A DNA stretch of 63,786 bases, the filler included, from Nemertoderma westbladi (taxonomy: Eukaryota; Animalia; Xenacoelomorpha), in the NCBI GenBank assembly GCA_032718475.1. It is 3 parts of 3 records of this genome, joined end to end, with 100 filler letters (N's around TTAATTAATTAA, not from the genome) between each part and the next. Parts side by side here need not be neighbours in the genome. Positions count along the whole stretch, not along the records: positions 29,063 to 55,711 come from JAUCBJ010005853.1; positions 55,812 to 63,786 come from JAUCBJ010004676.1; 1 more part is not named here. The stretch is one strand, 5' to 3'. The stretch's first letter is position 1. Every line of letters starts with the position of its first letter. Both the position numbers and the translations under genes were made by a program. The notes beneath the pieces are model-generated. The model was not told the origin of the DNA. It saw nothing but the letters and a program-made list of their open reading frames with translations, and did no database searches. Below, piece by piece: positions 50,046 through 62,819 of the stretch.

Positions 50046-50799
50046 GTTTTATAGTGCGGAAACAGCTTGCGCGCTTGGATACTTGCATGACAATGGAATT
50101 ATTTATCGGGATCTCAAGCCAGAGAATATCCTCTTCGATGCCTTAGGCCACATCATGTTGGGAGATTTTGGTTTGGCGAAAGAGGGTATGGGACCAGGAG
50201 TTCGTACCAGGTCCCTGTGCGGCACTATTACATACATGTGCCCTGAAAGAATACTTTTAAATGAGCATGGGTTTGCTTCGGATTGGTGGTCTTTGGGTGT
50301 GCTTATATTCGACATGATCTCTGGAATTAATCCATTTGAACCAGTACCCGAGACCGTCAACGGCCAGTTTAAGTATGAGAGCGTCGAACTTCATACGACC
50401 TCATTACAAAAAGCAATTTGTAACAGTGAACCACACTGGGAATTGTTACCAATGACAGCATCATCCTCCATTAGGAATATAATTTCCAAACTTTTAATAA
50501 AGGAACCATCTCTCAGACTTGGCTCAAGAGACGGACTTAGTGATATTAAAGCTCACAGTTTTTTCTGTGGAATAGACTTCGAGAAACTAGAAAGCAAAAA
50601 AATAAAACCACCAATGGAACCCGATGTTTTGGGTGAAAATAAGTTCCAATATTTTGAAGAAGAGCTTTGCAAACAAGAACCAGATAGTAACATTCTCAAT
50701 GACAGCGAAGTTAATCATTCAAACGACGACGATGAGATATACCACGGATTTGAATTCACTCAGAAGAAAGTTAAAAATGATAAATGCTCAATTCACTAA
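50046..50799 (+). CDS. AGC kinase paralog B, exon 2
   Basis: YRDLKPEN, DFG, CPERILL, DWWSLG; intact to the TAA. Confidence 0.88.
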
Positions 50800-51516
50800 C
50801 TACTATCGTACAAGAGAATATAGGGAACATACGTTATGGTGTAAACTGCAGGATGTGCAGCAAAATTAACAGAAACAAACACATGCTACTGGCATGAGTA
50901 AATCCTCCAGGAAAACAGTAATATGGGTAGTGGCAGTGACATACAAATACTCACATTCTATTGATATTGATAAAAAGAAAGTAAATAAATAAATGAAAAT
51001 AAAATTACCATTTATTATTAAGTTTATTTTCGTACACACTTCAAGGAGCGTAACATAATATTACATAATTTACAAACTAACCGAGCAGAAACAATAAGGA
51101 GTTGAGTTACTTATAGCATAATATTATAACACAAGTAATTATAAAGAACATAAATTTGGAGGTTGATAAGTACTGTAGAATAAATTTCAGTTCGCTATCC
51201 TTGAATCCAATGACCTCTAAACCGTTTGAATGCACGTTAATAATAAATCATTTCCTTACTTGATTTAGTTAGGTTGTTGATATTTCACAGATTACCAATA
51301 TTACGATAGTGATAGTTAGAACCGCTACGAGATCTACAGATAAATAAACATAAATCAGATAGAAATCTAATTATACGTGCACTAGAACTTTGCACATTAT
51401 TTGCAAATTTTATAAATCTATTTTGCAACATAACGCAAGGATCTCAAAGGGAAAAATTTGTTCTACTATATATCTGTGTGAATTGAATGGCAAATCGAAA
51501 ATAATTCGCACATTTA

Positions 51517-51733
51517 AGGCCATGATACACCGCAGGAGCAGCGAGCGGCAGCAATGAGCGGCAATGGCAAGCGGCCACAAAATAGAACACATTATTTTCT
51601 ATGGGTGATGATACACCACAAATGGCCACTGCCGCTCGCCGCTCCTATAGTGTATCATACTAAAAGTCGCCACTCACATCGGCCGCTCGCCGCAGCCGCT
51701 GCCGCTCGCTGCTCCTGTGGTGTATCATGGCCT
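51517..51733. mobile_element. PIF/Harbinger (Tourist-like) MITE
   Basis: TIR AGGCCATGATACACC.CAGGAGCAGCGAGCGGCAGC and its reverse complement; TTA TSD on both sides. Confidence 0.85.
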
Positions 51734-51788
51734 TTATATTCCATGCGCATGCACTATGTATTCTAGAACATTCACCACAGGAAAGATC

Positions 51789-52050
51789 TCAAATATTACT
51801 ACCATACAAACTAGAAAAACTAGTCTGTAAGTCGCATATAGTATATGGGTTAGAGTAGTCGACTTCATGGAGCAACGATGTTGATGATGATGTCGTGATG
51901 TTGGTATTCAATGTGTTATGAAAATCAACTGTATGTCCTAAATGAATAGCCTCACGAACCCATGGAAGATCAACTCCACCTAATCTAATTCTAAGGTTGA
52001 TGTCAAGTCGAGCCAGAACTGAAAGAAATGCACTTTTCAGTTCTCTATTA
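51789..52050 (-). mobile_element. Degenerate non-LTR RT C-terminal fragment
   Basis: LPWVREAIHLGH..SSLYGS resembles the post-RT region of LINEs. Confidence 0.4.
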
Positions 52051-52161
52051 TTTTTACGCCATGGTGGTTGCAATATAGTTTGCCTTGGTGGTTTATACCA
52101 GTGTGTCCGATTGTTCGATTCTCTAAATGAGAGTCTATTTGGACTCATAGTCCGCACCTTG

Positions 52162-52900
52162 TCAACATGCCTGCATGGGCAGGGCACTCATGTCGACTTG
52201 TAGACCTTCCTTGTTTATGCATGCTGCATATGACTGTATCCTTCGATGCATTGGACATGTTGGGTTGTGCACCGCTCTTGTTTTGCTTTCTGTTCTGGCC
52301 TCTGATCTGACGGGTTTAGTGAAGTTGTCCTCCACATATACTGGGTCTGTAAAGATCTCCGATTGATATGTCAGGAATTTAGAAAGCTCCTGCATTCCCG
52401 GTTCATCCTTCTTCTGTTTCCGGGTGTTCAATGCCCTCTCCCCCCGCAATTTGTTGCGTAACCATTTAGGTAAGGGATCGACTAGAGTCATCATTATTCG
52501 ATGAGGAATTAAGTTCTTGCGAATCTACCAATCCCTGGCATACACAGTTGGAGATATTGAATGGAGTCGAAGCACAACTGTCCCAATGTACAAAGCAGGT
52601 GTGGTTTGAGTAACTCCACAAGAGTACATGAAGAAATAAAGGGTAAAATCGGTAATAAAGGGTAATAAAGGGTCTTGATTAATTCCAGGAAGTGTTTGCC
52701 CCCTTCGACCATGAAATGTCTTCTTTAGATCCAGAAGTCAACCGTAGACAAGAGTTGAAAGGCGTGAATAATACCCAATGACCTCAGTAGCAGCCCAGGT
52801 ACATTGCATCGTCCCACCAACCAGATTGGAAACCAAACTGCATTTCATTAAGGGAGAATGTTCACACTGCGAAATCAGCATCATCCACTCAAATACTGTA
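52162..52900 (-). mobile_element. BEL/Pao gag remnant
   Basis: LPKWLRNK..ELSKFLTYQSEIFTDPVY resembles BEL gag. Confidence 0.5.
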
Positions 52901-53849
52901 GTTTAATAAGCAAGGACGATAAGGCAATCACACGATGTACAGACCAACGTCGCTGAGTTTATCTTTAACTAACGGGATAATTACTCACGTTTGCACGAAT
53001 TGAGGAATGAATCCGTGAACTACTGTAGAAGCAAATTAAATAAACGAGCAATGTGCTCCTGAACTCTTGGCCAGTATTTATCAGACAGTCAGAGTCCAAA
53101 CCGTAGGCCTACACAGCGTCTGTTTTTGAACTTTTCAGTTTATGTAATAATGCAGCTTCAATGAAAACCAAGGTAATGAGAGGTAATGCTTCAGTCTCAC
53201 TTGCTCTCAATTTCGTATCGATCTCACTTTTCAACAATCATATATTTTCACAATCATATATTTTCAAACTTACTGTTGGTTGTACTCTACGCAATTTTCT
53301 TGATTTCAGTGAAAATTTGTTGGTTGTTTGCAAGGCACGCTTCTATCAATTCTCCGCTTAACATTATCTAAATATCACCGTTGTATCTGTCTCGTAAATG
53401 GAATAATTCTGCATTTACTACGGCATTTGGGCAACCAGCCCAGCCGCAACCTAGACACTATCACAGAAGAGCGGTTCGTCCTTAAACGGCCGAATATGTT
53501 CATTCCAACCCGGTAGGATCGGTCTACTGTACTACTGTATTAGACGAGTCCGAATGGCCAGACTGTGACTGGAGTACTCAAGCAATCGGTACCGGAATTA
53601 TCAATATATATATACTGTATATGTATCAGCAGTATATCTAGCAATTTATCAGCAGTGTATTTTCAACAGAGATTTTATGTTCTGGATCGGTATAATATAC
53701 TATAGATTGGGGCAACAGAAGCAAGGACTTGAATCGGTATCAATATGCAGAACGATAGACTGAATTTACTGCCGGTAAATTATATTACCCAATTTATCAC
53801 TGCGATTCTTTCACTATAAATACTATTATTCCATGGTTGTACTGTACAG

Positions 53850-54440
53850 CTGGATGTCGGTGGATCCGGAAGTCAGATGAGGACCTTCGTATACGTAAGG
53901 GAAAGGCATGGGCAGCCTTGAATGGGCTTTCCATTCCAGGATTAGGAAGTCACATAGAATTCATCGAAAACTTAAGGTCCGATTATTTAAAGCAGCAGTA
54001 GTTCCAGTACTCCTCTATGAGAGTCCATGCTGGACTCTACATAACTACTGAGGACACCAAATCTCGGGTTCATCAGTCGGGTTCACTGAGTCAAGTACAA
54101 TGAACACATCTCCAACCAGACACTACATTATATAACATTGGAGGTGTTTCATTGGTGCCCCCAAGCTTGATACTAGAAAAATGCCGCCTCCACTTTACAG
54201 GACATTGTTTTCGCCGTGAGGACCAGCCTGTGCACAATATTGTGCTTTAGCAGCCCCATTGAGAAAATTAGCATGGTGGACAGCCCATGACTTTCGTGAG
54301 ACGCCTGCTAATGGACACTGGCCTTGAAGATGCAGATAATATCGCGAAAATCATGGGGGATAGGGAGTTGTGTTGTGTTTTTGTTAAGCTGGCATAGCAT
54401 CTCAATGTGCAGTTCCAATGCAGCAGGCCGATTAGTAGTT
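53850..54440 (+). mobile_element. Degenerate RTE family-1 3' fragment
   Basis: TGGATCCGGAAGTCAG..GGCATGGGCAGCCTTGAAT..CAGCCCATGACTTTC is homologous to the other copies; ends TAGTAG. Confidence 0.85.
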
Positions 54441-54563
54441 ACAAATTCGCGGTTTATATTATCAAATGAGCAAAGGGCGGGAAATTTAAACCATACAAGG
54501 GAATTAAATAATATAAAATAATTAAACTGATTTTGAAATTGTTTATGATATGAGTTCCTGACT

Positions 54564-55711
54564 CTACTGTCCCACCCTTGTGTCGGCGTTGGCCAGCAAG
54601 ATGGACGGCGATGCTTCTGCCCCAACAAACACTGGGCGTTTCCGTGCCGATCTCGACCCTCTTATGCACATCAGGGAGGCCCGCAGCAGCGCGAAGCTGA
54701 ACTGCCTCCGCACCCAGCTCACGCACTCCGAGTAGCGCAGCTCGCGCCGGTCCGCCAGCTTTGAAGCGAGGTGCTTCACGAACAGCGTCGTGGAGGGAGA
54801 TATTCCCCCCAACGCTGAGAATATCAGCGGGGTGAACGTGGCGTGCTCGACTTCCCGGATCCGTTCCAGATATTTATTGCGTTTCCGGGTTTCGTGGAAT
54901 AGGTGGGCGGCGTCGACGTCCATTGCGGCGTTGGTCGGGGCGAGGGGGTTGAAGACGGATACATCTATGTACGTCTTTTGATATCGATTCCCCCAAAACC
55001 CGGAGACCGACACGTCCAACCGAGCTTGTTGGTCCACGGAAGTGGACGTGCGGGAGAACTGCTCGCCGGTGATTGGCTGCAGGTGCGGCTCGATGGCAAC
55101 GTTATGAGCGACCTCGGTTAACGTTGTGGCGACGAAATCCCGGAGCTCGTTGTGCCTAATTGACGGGTAACCGCCGGTGGGACAAGACAAGATGTGGTTT
55201 GTTGAAAATCTTGTCCCACAGGCACAACGAGCTGGGAGCGACTCGGGCTGCCACCCATAACGCAGACACAATGCGTCGCGGAACTCCTCTTTAGTTAGGT
55301 GGGTATCGTGGAGGGTTATGGGGCGCGCGTTGAGCCAGGCCGAGGCGCCAGGTTCCACCACGAGCTCCGTCAACTTCCGTTGATTCTCGGGTAGGTCAAG
55401 AACTAACCGACTCTACCTTCTCCTTCAGTGCCGGCACGGCCCTCGCCTTGATCCGGGTGGCGATGAACTTTTGCGCCTCCCTTATAGCAACCGGTTCCAC
55501 GACCTCCATAAACGGTTCACAGATCCACCTGGAGTTGCCGTTTTCGATTCGTAAGTCCTCGGGAGTCGGGATCGCTAGCCCGCCGTGGCGAACTGGTAGC
55601 GAGAGCAGCCTGCGCTCCTCAGGAGTGATGACGGGGCGGTTGGTCAGGCCCTGGAGGAACTGGACGACGGACTCCTCGAGCTTCTCGAAGAAATCCATGG
55701 CCCCCGGGACA
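54564..55711 (-). mobile_element. GC-rich CRE-like non-LTR retrotransposon C-terminus (CCHC zinc knuckle plus RLE), cut by the gap
   Basis: LPVRHGGLAI, ASAWL, FRDALCLRYG, CACG..H..SC..GG...RHNELRD, RLDV, IDV.VFNP, FTPLIFS; one break near 55390. Confidence 0.85.
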
Positions 55712-55811
55712 NNNNNNNNNNNNNNNNNNNNNNNNNNNNNNNNNNNNNNNNNNNNTTAATTAATTAANNNNNNNNNNNNNNNNNNNNNNNNNNNNNNNNN
55801 NNNNNNNNNNN
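55712..55811. other. Artificial contig linker
   Basis: 44 N + TTAATTAATTAA + 44 N. Confidence 0.97.
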
Positions 55812-56515
55812 GATTGGCCGAGTACTTAATTATGATTCTTTATAATTACTTTTTTTTTATAATTTAATTAATTAAATATAATTTTTATAATTATAATTAA
55901 TTCTCTATAAATAGCTAAATAATTTCGCTGAGGTGATGACATGATAAATTAATATCAATACTATCTAATTAGTATCAATATTATCGGCATAAGGTAAGTT
56001 TTATATTTCTTACAAATTGGGCCGCCTCCACGCGATAATATGCAATCTTTAATTATTTTTGCTAGAAATTTGTGCTGTTTGTATATTTGTAAATCGCTTC
56101 CAGTTATATTTTGTGTTATATTAAAAATAAATATAACTTATACTTATATACTTTTAAAACACAAGTTTTATTTTAATACCTCTGCCTTTCATCAATCCTG
56201 TGCGCGCCTTTGGGTTGGGATGGTGCAGATTAAGAGGGAGGGGTTATTTCCCTCTCTTTGATTTACTGGTGTTTGGTTAAATTTCTTGAATACCGAGTTT
56301 GTGATAAATATTATGTACATATTATTATTAATATGTACATAATATAATATACATAATAATAATATTATGTATATGTGTAGACTCGCTCAATATTAATCTG
56401 TATCTCATAACTGAGCCTCGTGCTGCGCGTAGGGCCCACGAACTTATATTAAATAGCGCTCTAATAATTTATATTATACTAAGAAAAATCGATAAATTTG
56501 CACTAAACAGCTCAC

Positions 56516-57265
56516 CTGGTGCGCAAACCCCCTCTTTAGTCCACACTCTATCATTATAGTCCACTCCCCAAACCACACCATTCCAATCACTGACGCTAAC
56601 TTGCCTCAGTCCACCTTCTATACGTTCCCAAACTGGATTTATATTCCCTTCTTTCACCGTGGCTGTGTATATTTCATGGTTTGTCTTTGTAGCCCATAAA
56701 ACACCATTTGCTCCTGAACTAATCGTTAGCCAATCTTCAGCTGCCCATCCTGTAAAGCTTCCAACAATGTTATTGGAACCAAAGGTGCCTTGCATGTAAT
56801 GTAGACCTTGTGAATGAATCCCCCAAAGGCCCGATGCTCCGAAGCTGATGTCTGCCATGCTTGCACCAATGATTTGAGACCATGATGTACCGCCAGGTGT
56901 TGAGGCCGATATACCTAATCTCTGGTAGACATTGTTACTGATTGTACCCCAGACTCCGTTGCTGGTTGAGTCGACTGTTATCCTGGTGAGTCCTCCGCCA
57001 ATTCCAATCCAGGTATTGCCAGTTGGATTTTGCTGACTGACAGCTCGCCAGTAAATTTGATTGTTAGAATTAACACCCCAAACAATATCATTTCCAACAG
57101 CAATATTGTTGAGTCCCCCAGAGATACCAATCCATCTCGTTCCAATACTGCATGATCCATATGTCCCTTCTCGGTAGTGAATATTACCATTTGCGTTTAC
57201 ACCCCAAACTCCAGCTTGGCCAGCACTCACCCATCTAAGTGATCCAGTCACTGTTTGCCATAGAA
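56516..57265 (-). CDS. Internal exon encoding a tectonin/fish-egg-lectin-type beta-propeller (~6 repeats)
   Basis: Repeats W..I.GGL..I.V....VWGV..N..IY.R.G. Acceptor TTTCAG at 57266, donor GTGAG at 56515; 750 bp, phase 1-1. Confidence 0.85.
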
Positions 57266-57869
57266 CTGAAATAAATTATATTATATATAATATTTTCATT
57301 AAAAGAATACACTAGTATCTAGCAGAAAACGATAGAGTAAATCAGAAATATGAATTATCGATCCTTATGTAAGACATTCGGTAGATATTTGAAATAGCCC
57401 TAAAAACGAAGACACTGTGTAGAAGTGTAATCAAGGGTTCACAGCGGTAACAGTTCCGTATAGAACTACATTTTTATAACATTTTGCGCGTGAAGGTTCA
57501 ACTGTAAAGGTAATTATTATATAGCCTGAGTTTCAGTGCTGTCTGTCTGTATGTGGATATTGCTGTATTGGAATATACGCAGACCCTTTCTTTGAACGAA
57601 TTATGTTCGTGATAATTTTACTTACATTAGTTATATATATTACATCACTTCCAGAATATGTTTGCTGTTACCGGTATGTATTTTACTGGTAGTAGCATTC
57701 CAACTGAGCCAAAAGCCAAACTCATTCCTTAACAATACAACTTAAGCAATGAACACAAATACGACAAATTTGTTCCGGCTATAATTAATTTCCTTACTTA
57801 CATTACGAACTCGCTTGTTCAATCTTTTTACCATCAATAGTAATCGGTTCATTAATATGCATGGTATTT

Positions 57870-60800
57870 TAGCGTCATGCTAAATTATTTAACATTAATG
57901 TGTCTAAATATGGCAGTATGGATTCGATAATATAATATTAAAACAGTATAATCAGATAATGATAATATATGTTTTCCAGTCTGACAGTATCGCAGGTATG
58001 CGGGTTGCTGTACTGTATACTGTATACAGGTTGTGTCGGTCAGACGGTGCAGTAACATATATTGGAAAAAGGAAGGTTGCTAGGCAACAATATAAATATT
58101 AACAAAGCAAAGTCACTGGCGAACGCCACAATAGCCCCCCCTAATGTAAGGAAGTGGAATGAACCACCTAAAAGTATCTGGTAGGTAGGTTAACGATACG
58201 ACCAGATCTTGTGGTGAGTGGCACAGGCAGTGTAACTGGTGAATGGGTAGTTGGTGCCACTACAGCAAGTAGTAGTTTATTCTGAGGTGGTTGTGGTGGT
58301 TGATTGCCACAACCATAGGCCACCTTGAGGCGGTCAATGGACACTGTTTCGCGGTGGCTGTTAACGTCAAGGGCAAAGTACTTGTCCGATATCTCGATGA
58401 TACGGTATGGACTGGAGTATGGGCGTTGTAGTGGTCCACGATGGGCATCTCGCCGGACATAAACATAACCAGTGCTGGCTAGATTGCCAGGAACAGATGC
58501 AGGATGGCGTCCGTGGTACTCCAGGATCGGTGAGGCGCTGGCGCGCATGGAGCACTGTAGGTGACGGAGGAAGTGCGAGGAAGGAGGCCCAGTACGAGGT
58601 ACTGGAGCGATGAACTCACCGGGTACATGGAGGTTAGTACCGTAGATGAGGTCAGTGGGAGAGCAGTAAGAGTCCTCGCGCCACGCGGTGCGGATGTTAA
58701 GGAGGACCATGGGGAGCTTGTCCACCTAGTTGGGGATGACGAGGTGGGCCTTAAGGGGCGCCTTCAGTTGGCGGTGAAGGCGTTCTACCATGCCGCTGGC
58801 CTGCGGGTGGTAGGCAGTGGTGTTAGAGGATGATTTACCAAGAAGTAGACCATAGGTATGAGGTAAACTGGGCACCCCTGTCGGAAGTGATGTCACTGGG
58901 GACCCTGAATCGGGAAATCCAATGGCGGAGAAGGGTTCGGGCGCAGGTTTCTGTTTTTGAGTCGCTCATTGGGATGACTTCCGGCCAGTGACTGAATCGA
59001 TCGATGACCATAAATAAGTATGTCATACCCTCGGAGACCGGTAGAGGGCCGACGATGTCGACGTGTAGGCTGTTGAATCGGTAATCGGGGGTGTGTCGTC
59101 GTGTGAGTGGAGCGTGGATGTGCCAGTGTATTTTAGAAGCCTGGCACGAGTAACACTCTTGACACCAGCATCAGACGTCACGTTTGAGTCCGTGACAGAC
59201 AAAGCGGGACGAGACGGCACGTTGTGTTAGCCGACAGCCGGAGTGGCCGAGCCCGTGTATTGCGTCGAATACACACCGAGTCCACTCCTTAGGGATTATG
59301 GGGCGAGTTCTACCTGTGGAGTGAAGGAGGGTGAAGTCACCGAATGGGACGTCTTCGAGGATGAGGTTTGTCATAGCAGTCCGGTAGTCGTTGACCTCGG
59401 TGGATGACCTTTGCGCAGTGGCAAGTTGCCGGAAGTCGACGGTGGGAGAGAGGACAGCGTTGGCCATCGGAGCGCGAGATAGGGCACCAGCAACTATATT
59501 GTCCTTGCCATTGATGTGCTGAACATCAGTTGTAAACTTGGCAATGAATGATAAATGGCGAGTTTGGCATGGGGAACGTTCAGCGGCGCTGGCAAATGCG
59601 AAGGTGAGTGGTTTATGGTCGGTATATATGGTGAATGTTCGACCTTCTACAAAGTGCCAAAAGTGTTTGATGGCAAGGTATACAGCCAGTAACTCGCGAT
59701 CAAATGTGCTATATTTAACCTCGGCTGCCGAGAGTTTACGTGAGAAAAACACGACGGGATACCACACATGGCCATGGAGCTGCTCCAATTTAGCGCCGAC
59801 AGCTCGATCAGAGGCATCGAACGTGATACTGGTATTAGTGGTCGAATTGGGGTGGTGCAGCAGGGTTGCAGCAGTGAGGGTCGATTTGGCGGATTCAAAC
59901 GCGGCTTGGCATTTAGGAGTCCAAATTATCTCCTTACCTCATAGAGTGGGCAAAGTTTGTCTGCCAACCTTGTCATGAAGCGGTGGTAATAGTTTACCAT
60001 GCCGAGGAACCACTGGAGGCTGAGTTTAGAGTCTGGAGTCGGGTAGTTCCGGATTGTGTCAACACGGTCCTCAAGGGGGAGGATTCCGGAGGATATAACT
60101 TTGTGGCATAGATAGGTTAACTCGGGCGCACCAAAGACTCATTTACCAGGATGTCATCAAGTAAACAAACACGAACGGGATGCCACGTAGAATGCCGTCC
60201 ATGAGCTGTTGAAACGCCTGGGCGGCGTTCTTCAGCCCAAACGGCATTCGGAGGAACTCCCAAAGGCCGAAGGGTGTAATAATCGCTGTCTTCCGGGTGT
60301 CTTCGGTTGCCTTGGGGATCTGATGGTATCTCCGTACCAACTCGATCTTGGAGAAGAATGACATACCCGCCAGGTGACTGTTGAAGTCTTAGATGTGCGG
60401 TAGGGGGTATCGGTCATCTACGGTGGGGTCGTTGAGCCAGTGGTAGTCCCCACAGGGCCACCAACCGCCACCGGGTTTAGGGGCGATGTGTAGTAGGGAG
60501 GACCACGGTGAGTTTGAACACCGTATTATTCTGAGTTCCTCCATCCTGGTGAACTCGGCTTTGGCCACCGTGAGTTTCTCAGAGTCGAGACGACGGGCGC
60601 GCGCGTATAGAGGAGGTCCCTCAGTAACGATGTGGTGCTCTACACCGTGTTTGTTGGACGCAGTCGACTCGAACCTCGGGATGAGGAGTTCCGGAAACTC
60701 ATCGAGGAGCTGCTCACAGGGGCTGACGTGGTCGACATGGATTCCAGCGATAGCAGACAAATAACAGGCCATCTTGGTCAGGATCTTGTTGAAGTCTGCC

Positions 60801-62008
60801 ATGTCGATCTCAATGAGGGATTTCCCTGAGAGGTCGATGGCCAACCGGTTCGAATAAAAGAAGTCCGTGCCGAGTATCGGAGAAGTAACATTGGCTACGT
60901 GGAATTCCTGGGTGAAGATGTGATTATTGCTGAGGTGGAGGTGGATAGTCCTCTTTACCCAAGTGGCAATCGGACTACCATTGGTGGCAACCAATGGCGG
61001 AGTGGGGGTGCGGGTGCGTTTTTCGGCGGTTGTGGTAGGGGAAACCGAAACTTCGGCTCCGCAATCCACCAAGTAAGTTTGTCCGCTGTGATGATCCCAC
61101 ACAGTCATCGTCCTCTTCGGATTTTGGACGACCGCGGAGATGTTTAGCGGCCGGCCGCGGCGTTTCCCGGACCGTGGGTCGATGCTGGCAGGGTGGGAAG
61201 GATATAGCTGAGTCGGCAACCCCTGTAGCTGCAATTTCTTGCAGCGTTCCCAAACTTCTTGTGGAAGAAACATAGAGTTTGCGTCGACGATGTAGAGGCG
61301 GGGGGCTACCTCGGACCAATGGTGGTGTTTCGTCGAACCACTCCGGCAATACTGACTCCGACGGGGTCATTCCGGGTTGCCTCCAGAATCCGGTCGGCGT
61401 TGGTGGCGAGAACATCGAGGTCGATGTTGGCTGAACCCGCTAGGACGCGCCGGACATCGGATGGCAGTTGGGCCAGGAATAGCGCATGGAAGAGGGTCTC
61501 CGGGTCAGCATTAAGGAGGCCGGAAGGTTTGCGGTCTCCTAGTCCGGAAATTGACAAAAGTTAGCTGTCTTTCTCCGCTTGAGTTTTGCCAAAAGCGGCA
61601 ATGAGGGCACGCTTTAAGGTCAACGCAACGGCGTTAACTGCATTGGCCGAGGTGTTATCGGCGCTGGTAGCAGCAGGAAGAAGGCCCTGTAAGGCCAAGG
61701 CTAGGGTGGCAATATCCTCGGAGGCGAGAGGCATTCTTATTTGGCCTATTTCAGTATTTATGTACCAGTACGCATATTGAGTTCAAGGCTGGCGTCATGC
61801 TAAATTATTTAACATTAATGTGTCTAAATATGGCAGTATGGATTCGGTAATATAATATTAAAACAGTATAATCAGATAATGATAATATTAATGTTTTCCA
61901 GTCTGACAGTATCGCAGGTATGCGGGTTGCTGTACTGTGTACTGTATACAGGTTGTGTCTCGACGACAGTCAGGTGGTGCAGTAACATATTGGAAAAAGG
62001 AAGGTTGT
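57870..62008 (-). mobile_element. Ty3/Gypsy LTR retrotransposon, degenerate, with LTRs at 57870-58130 and 61790-62008 (the latter truncated)
   Basis: ~210-bp direct repeats; polypurine tract AGGGGGGG before TGTGGCG. Contains gag (LGDRKPS), protease LVDCGA, RT, RNase H (DRELLA, TDHKPL) and integrase with a GPY-like motif (LQRPYSSPY); frameshifts. Confidence 0.88.
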
Positions 62009-62819
62009 GTAAAAGCTTCTGTGGGATATAACTGGCCCCTTTGCTTCGCAATCCAGTTTCCCCCCAGGCGCTGGAATACTCTAAAAGGGTTCTCTAACTG
62101 TATACATATTCCCCTCGCCCTCAAGGTACCGTTACAGGTGTTTTAACGGACATAAAAGTCATTCTGCTATATACGTGTTTTAGCGGACATGGTAAGACAA
62201 AAAACCTGCAATGCGACAAATACCTTTCATAGCTTAGCCGTGATGATTCATATTACGACATCTAACAGCTGGTTGCTGACATGGAAACAGCCATTGGATG
62301 CATGGTTCTTTGTTTGGCTTGAGCCAATCAGAGCGATTTTTCCTGTCGACGTGTAGCTTTTCGGTCGATCATAAGGAGTGTGTTCAGTCTTACTGTTTTT
62401 TCTTCATACTTTGTTGTTATTGCTGTCTAGGCCAGGAACAACGGCTCTAGAATCAATTCGTTTCATACTTTTAGAAGAAACATTAGTAGGCTAAAATTAT
62501 AGAGCGTATGACTGTTATCAGTTCAGTCAGTTCAGTCAGAGCAATCAGTTCTTAACAACTCATATCACATATCGGTCCATATCAGTTTATATCATATCTT
62601 AACTTACCGTCTTAATGCTGTTTACTGTTGTGTTTTGGTTGAATATCATTTGGAGAACATATATAAAGAACCCAAATTTCCCAATTTTCTTGATACACTA
62701 CAGGTTAGAGAGACGGGTTATATATAGCGATTGCGACTTATATTGTTGTGATTTGTAGTGAATTTAATGCTATTTGATAAGCACTACAGTGGTCCGTTGC
62801 TATTCCCTTTATATATGAT

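Noticed and set aside
57640-57726. Possible signal-peptide exon for the tectonin gene (MSLAFGSVGMLLP..)
   Set aside because: Weak hydrophobic core and no convincing donor site; unsupported.
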